A DNA stretch of 64,000 nucleotides from Saccostrea cucullata (lineage: Eukaryota): assembly GCF_032062105.1 (NCBI RefSeq), contig NW_026938676.1, positions 372,001 to 436,000 of the forward strand, written 5' to 3'. A program made the position numbers and the translations under genes. Below the pieces are notes generated by a model. The model worked only from the letters and a program-made list of their open reading frames with translations. It was not told the DNA's origin and did no database searches. Shown piece after piece: positions 57,801 to 64,000 of the stretch (position 1 is its first letter; each line of letters starts with the position of its first letter).

Positions 57801-60800
57801 AATAACTATTTGAAAGAAATGGAAATAACAAACGGTATTCAAGCTGGGAAGTCATTTAAACAATTCATTGTTTAAATAATGACCTTAAAATTACCATAAA
57901 AAACTGCGATAATTCATTGTATTTGACTTAATGAAAAACGGCAGTAAGTATTTGACTTAATGGAAGATTGTATATGCTGCTAGGGTCATTGTGTTGACCG
58001 AAGATCTAACAAAATGATGACTTTTAACGAGACAGCTGATGTTCTTATTTCAACAACTTGTTTGTCAATAACCTACCTCGTTTTAGAAATTGTACATATC
58101 AAGTGCAGCATGCTCTAGCTTATCAAATCAACTGAGAGATTTAAACCCGGTTAGCAGGTGATCAGGATATATTTTTGCATAAGTAATGAATGTTGATGAT
58201 TGAAGAGTTAAAGTCATCATGTTTATCACAAAGCTTCATTGTTAGACACCATAAACATCTTTTTTTACCGTATTAGTATTTTTATATCCTAATTAATAAA
58301 TATTTGTAATATGTTCTTTAGAGAGCTTTTTAAAAATTGCTAAAATTACATCTCGCTAAAAATAAATTACCCATTTTTAAGGTTAAATCGCTAAATTTGC
58401 GTCTCGCTAAAATTTCCACTTATACGGTATAATATCCAAATATGTACAGATATGTCAGATTCTGTGATGAATTATATGGCGAGTATTCAAGTCAGAAGTC
58501 CATAAAAGAATGCAAAATAGGAGCAGAGCAAACACGGATCTACAAAACGTCAGAGGTGGGATCAGGTGCCATGGAGGAGTGGGCATCCCCTGCCGACCGG
58601 ACACACATGCCATGCGCTCCATGTCATTATCGAGAGATAACGGAAAATCCATTGTCAATTCAGTGTGTAAATAATGGACTAATAATAGGTATCATTTATT
58701 TCAAGCACACCGGGATATATCTTGTCGACATAAGAATTATAAAAAAAAAAAACTATTATTAATTGAAAATACGTCGGCGATATACGAAATTTTCATTTGT
58801 TGGAATTTTTTAGCATCCACAACTGAATTACACCACTTCTCAAATACATGTATGTTGTTTTGCAATCTTCTTTGCACAACAATATAGAATCAAATACTTT
58901 ATATGTTTATCTATATGTATGATTATATAATTCATATCTGATATTTTTTCCAGATTAGAAATACCTGATGGGATGTGATATTTCTAAATAACCATTTGCA
59001 TTGTTTTATAGAACAAATGCTTATCTTTTACTAGAAATCTGACATAAACGAATCACGCTCCAAAACGACCATTATTTTAAGTCCCTAAAATCGTAATTAT
59101 GTCTCAAATTGAAATGTTCTTTCTGCATTGTATTTTAATTGAATTGCACAAGGTGCCATTAACCTATTTATCCATGGGCAATTTTTATTAAAAAAAAACT
59201 TTAATTGATCTAAAGTGACTCTTATTTGCATTTTTATTCTAATAAGTTTTAGTAATGCAGCCTCTATGCCTAGAGTGTTAATGACAACATATTTTCAGTT
59301 TGTATGCCAGCTAGGCTCTCTACCAAAGGACAAGATAGGCTAAGACCCCTTTTGGTCTCTAGTTTAGGGTGTCTTTTCAAATGACAACAGTTTATCAATA
59401 AAAAAATTATTATCACCCCCGTCACAAAATAAGTATTTGTTCTTGTTACGGGATTTATAGTGTTCAGGAAGGTCAGACAATATGTCAATATCCTAATTTT
59501 CTTCTTTTTATGCAAAGTTTCATAGATTTTACGGCACATTTTGTTTCACAAGCTTCACTATCTGCCTTAATATATTTCATACACTTTTATCAGAAGCATG
59601 TTGTGCATAAAATCTCATATAGCTTGTGTGCTATGTTTTTTCAAGTTAAAACTATCTCAAATTTGAAGAAATTCCACCAGTATTGAGAAAATTTGGGAAA
59701 TTGTCTTTCTTTTAACCCTTTTGTGTCCTCTGTGTAAGTTTTAAATCAAAATGAGTGCTTGTTTCTATCACAATTTTTAACTGTCTTCTGGTTTTTACAC
59801 CAAATAAAGGGTCAAATTTGGAGATAACCATACCTTGCCTTTGTGGACACATGCAGCATCTTTGGTCATTAAGATTTTTTTTTGGGGGGGGGGGCCTCCC
59901 TCCCCTCGCATACTCTTTTGAAACTGTTTCCACGGGCATGACTAGTGACATTCGGTATATCTTTCACAAGTTACAGATTTTTGCAAATAATACTTATATT
60001 TTTTAACCTATTAACAGTGCCAAATGTGTGTGAAAATAGTCGAATATAATCCACAAATCACATTGCACGAACCTATTAATGACCCTTGTTATATTTAACG
60101 AAAATTTTAGTTAAAGCCATCCTAGCTCAGCTTGTTTGACTTGATTTTTAAAAAGAGAAAAAATCGTGTTCTTGATCCATATATAATAGACCATGAAAAA
60201 TACCTAAAACGTCATTGTCTTTAAAAATTTTTTTGTAGTCTAAAATTGCATTTGTGTAACATTTTAAAACGTTCTAATTTGGTTATTCAAACGTGGAATA
60301 AGTCCATTCTCGTTATTTATTGAAGTGCACCATACTAATGAAATTATGTTTTATTATGTTATTTTACAGAACGTGAATGTTATTATGATACGGACTACGG
60401 AAACTCATACAATGGTAGAGCCAATACTTCCGCTTCCGGAAAGACGTGTTTGATTTGGACAGAGTCGTCTGAGACATTTTATCATAACAGCAGGAGAGCG
60501 TATCACGAGTTTGACGAGAATTACTGCCGTGCCTATGAATACTACTCTTACAAATCAGGGGAACCTTTATGCCTGGTGGAGTATCCAAGCGTCAGAGAAA
60601 AATGCAATGTCCCAAAGTGTGGTTTGTACATTTACAAATTTTAATATTAAGAATCACCAAAAATGTCACTCGTGGAATCTAACAGCGATTATGTCAAAAG
60701 TCAATTATACAATGTAGATTGCAAGCAAAGCTTACAGAGCCTACCAGATATTTTATAATGCCTTTATTTTCTACAGTCTTGAGGTGCATATCATCTTTAT

Positions 60801-63800
60801 TCAATATTTTCAAAACAATACTTAAGCAAGAAATAAGCAAAGATGCATTCAATTAATTGCTAATTGCCATCATTACGTTCATTTTCTTTAAAATAGCTTC
60901 AAACCGTATCAGGGTTACGTCTTTGTAGCACATTAAAGGAATTGATATCTGTTGATTTTATAGAGGAAGAAAGGGACTTGAGAGAATTTGGAAAATTCAA
61001 ACCTTTCACAAGTGTTCAACAGGATGGCGGAAACAATGCAGATTATGCAGTAGACGGTTTCATTGGTAATTAGCTCAAATTGTTTATTGATCTCTTTTTC
61101 CCTTCACAAGTTAACTTATTTATAAAGACATTAATCTAGTGTTTTTTTTTAATTTAAGGTACTAAGAATTCGTTTCTTTCTAACCGACCTTTGTTGAAGC
61201 CGTGGTATCAAGTAAATCTGCAGGAACATATTGAAGTTCATGCTATACTCCTTTACAGATATGCCAGTAAGCTAAATTTCTAATTTATTTCATCTTTGAC
61301 CTTAGTCCTTTTAAGAAAATAAAGAAATCATATCTTCATTATTTTTATACATATAATTATTTAATCTCCCTTTTCTTAAAATTTTGTTGCGTTTTTTGTG
61401 GTCATATATTTTCAAATTTATATTTATCTTTTCTCAATGTACAAAAGCTTTCTTTTTGACTAACTATAATTGTATTTCAAATTTGACTGAATGTTCAGAA
61501 AAAGATTGTTTCTTTAAACATTTGCAAGCAATGTTTTAGCTTACATGCCTCATAATCTGCGATACCTTGGGACCTACGTCAGTAAGAATCAGTGGGATTT
61601 CATTAACTATGGCGCCGTTCGATGTGACGACATCAGACTCCCAGGATACTCCAGAGTGTTCCGGTATCAGTGCAGGCGTCCGGTGGTGGGTCAATACGTC
61701 ACCATCCGGAACTTTGATTTCACACAACCAGATCATAGTCCAGGCAATTTCTATAAAATAGAAATTAACGAGATAGTTATTTTAGGAAGATGTGAGTAGA
61801 TACTTTAAAGGGGTTTGTTTTTAAGAGCTGCACATCCATTGCACCTTAACCCATCTTTGATTTTTTCGAAGGACCTTGCTCTGCTTGCAATCTGTAATAA
61901 TAAATTAAGTTTTATTTTAGCTTGATAGCTGTTTTGGATTCACTTCGTGTATATTTATGAAGGCTCATTTAAAAGAATTCAAGCTTTCAAATGCGGACTG
62001 AAGTCTTTTTCATACAAATTGTATTTAAATTGCACACTGATCAACAGGGTATGTTAACTTCTCCTTGGCACCTGATTCCATTTCTGCTCTCAGTTACTTT
62101 TCTTTAAATATAATTTTGAGTCTGACTACTGTTCGTTTCGTTATTTCCGTATTTCATCACATAAAGCAATTCTTCATGCACAAGTTTAACAACTATCATA
62201 ATGCAGACAATTTCTCTCTTTGAATATCTGTAATTTAATAGACAATATCAAAATAAGAAATTCAAAGTATATCCGTGTGAAATTTCTGTTTTAGCTACAA
62301 GCTGTGGGAGACCGTTAGGAATGGCCTCTGGTAACATCTATGACTATCAGCTGGGATCATCATCTGATGACACGGAAGGGGTTGAAGTAATGCCACTCTC
62401 ATTTCGAGGTCGATTGTATTATTCAGACCCTGGATGGTGTGCAACAAAGAAGGATAAATCACCCTGGTTTTCTGTATGTGACTATCAATATATGTCTTGC
62501 TAATTGGCAATATCATACTTATTTATAGGCGTACCTTTTCTATTTTCTTCATGATATATTATCAGCAATTTTTTGACAATTTTGCAACAGCACATTTTTC
62601 TACTGGTGACATAAACGTCATCGTATGGGTGTTTCAATCTGTTTCGATATATATGCAACTATAGTGAACTTTGCCAAAGTGTGTTTTAATTCACAAAATT
62701 AATAAGTAAAAATAATCAACAGTGACTTTGGTAAAATCGATAGGCTGAATCTTTTAGGCAAAAATTGTATTGTGAGTAAATGAGATATATACTGTCCTTT
62801 ATTGGTCGCCAATAGCTATCTTTTAAAGGCAACTTGTTATGGGTCTGTTTTTATTTACTATATAAGATTAATTCTATGCTTAGATGTAATGAAACACTTG
62901 AAGATAACGAACAGTATTCAAGATCAAAAGTCTATAAAACAATGCAAAGTAGGAGCAGAGCAAACCTGGGCATCCAAAACATCAGAGGTGGGATCAGGTG
63001 CCAGGAGGAGTGCACATCCCCTGCTGACGGGTCACACCCGGTATCTATTCTTTAGTCATCATATTTTCTTTTTATGCTACCTACAATTCAAATGTCCCGT
63101 AAAATTAGGATATTTTTTTGAAAGACGATTGTACTCATCGTCACAAACTTCGTTTTGATGACAATGCAAACGTAAGATAACAAATTCGCTTTCCAGCTAG
63201 GAATCATGGAAAAAGGCCAATTGCCATAAATTTCAGTATTGTGAGAAACAATTATAGAGAGTTTCAGAAATTTCCGGTGATGAAAGTTGAACAATTACAC
63301 TGATAAAGATCTTTGTTATATATAAATCGAAATTTGATTGGTCTATTTGTTGTTTGCAGGTTGATTTGATTGTTCCGACAGTCGTGCAGGGGATTTCAGT
63401 ACAAGGTTGGGTATCGGGAAAGGAGACAAAATACATCCAATCATTCACAGTGTCTTATGGTGTTACAAGAAAAACAATAAATCGCTATGAAGATTCCCCC
63501 GGAGTTGTAAAAGTAAACATGCTAACTTTAAGAGAAATAATTCATTTCTCAAGGTTACTGTAAATAAATGGTACAAAAATATTAACTTCTCTAGATCATC
63601 GGTGAGTAAAACGCAGGCTTTTGATTCAATGAATTTATGTTTTTCTCGAGTTTGTTTTATTATTTTTTTCCAGACTTTTCTCATTGATAATACGGTAGCA
63701 GCTACTACACCACAGACGTTTATGTTTCATGGGGATATTCTGGCAAGATACATCAGAATACATCCATCCGTAGCAGACGACCAACAAGCGTGTCTCAAGG

Positions 63801-63827
63801 CAGAAATCATAGGCTGCCAAAAACAAT
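48809..63827 (+). CDS. Gene C (5' part, continues beyond window): paralog of gene B, SP-EGF-ApeC-Kringle-FTLD-FA58C...
   Basis: Exons 48809-48884, 49188-49286, 53998-54330, 56143-56324, 57036-57207, 60370-60621, 60964-61065, 61159-61266, 61540-61791, 62295-62473, 63360-63512, 63674-63827. Phases match gene B exons 1-12, and lengths match except for the kringle exon (one codon shorter). Confidence 0.88.
51238..52104. mobile_element. Foldback-like MITE with ACGCACTTTGAAAAA subterminal repeats
   Basis: Left TGCATTGTTACAACGCACTTTG, right CAAAGTGCGTTGCCACACTGCA; many direct and inverted copies of ACGCACTTTGAAAA at both ends. Confidence 0.7.
52360..52589. mobile_element. MITE with TA TSD (Tc1/mariner-like)
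   Basis: TA|CCGTATAGGGG ... CCCGCTATACGG|TA. Confidence 0.75.
56400..57030 (+). mobile_element. Penelope-like retroelement 3' fragment
   Basis: ORF 56393..56788 contains QLIRYSRT...FLNRDRLLTDKLIFQGFQ, followed by the core tgacctgtcgacagggga...ctcctcctaggcac...gatcccacctctg. Shorter copies lie near 7370, 15930, 16700, 22240, 23310(-), 32650, 33500, 58020-58690(-), 62040 and 62890(-). Confidence 0.6.
58268..58427. mobile_element. Short CCGTA-type MITE inside a Penelope-like fragment
   Basis: TA|CCGTAT ... ATACGG|TA with internal TCGCTAAA repeats. Confidence 0.5.
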
Positions 63828-64000
63828 GTAAAGATCCACAACTAACTTGTTTTTATATCCAACAGAATATTCATTAGAAATTTAATAAACGAGCTTGAAA
63901 AAGGTCCTTTTAAACACATTTAGACTTAATTAATAATCAGTATATAAGTTTGAAAACAAACATATTTGACCTTATTTGAAAAACTTGTACTAAAATTCTG

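Overview
AT-rich, intron-containing animal genomic DNA. The repeat families (Helentron-like elements carrying a ~166-bp satellite, Penelope-like RT fragments, a tRNA-derived SINE) look like those of oysters/bivalves; that assignment is inference. The window holds a head-to-tail (+ strand) tandem array of at least three paralogous GRL101-like (type C LGR) leucine-rich-repeat GPCR genes: the 3' part of gene A (251-9632), a complete gene B (15051-45167) and the 5' part of gene C (48809-63827, continuing beyond the window). I spliced gene B by hand into 32 phase-compatible coding exons (7128 nt, about 2375 aa). Its domain order is: signal peptide, EGF, ApeC (apextrin C-terminal), kringle, F-type lectin, FA58C/discoidin, PAN, CUB, CUB, C-type lectin, LDLa x4, Caspr-type fibrinogen-like domain, LDLa x3, LRRNT, about 7-8 LRRs, hinge, rhodopsin-type 7TM, and a cytoplasmic tail that resembles a truncated, catalytically dead protein-kinase core. 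The main candidate novelty is this giant lectin-module GPCR fused to a vestigial kinase fragment, conserved in both paralogs whose 3' ends are visible. Secondary signals are patchy gene conversion between paralogs, a 72-bp minisatellite that multiplies a splice donor, a GT-to-GC donor switch, a perfect 31-bp inverted repeat bracketing an intron, and nested non-autonomous transposons. Exon models come from GT/GC-AG boundaries, reading-frame phase and paralog comparison; no transcript or database evidence was available.
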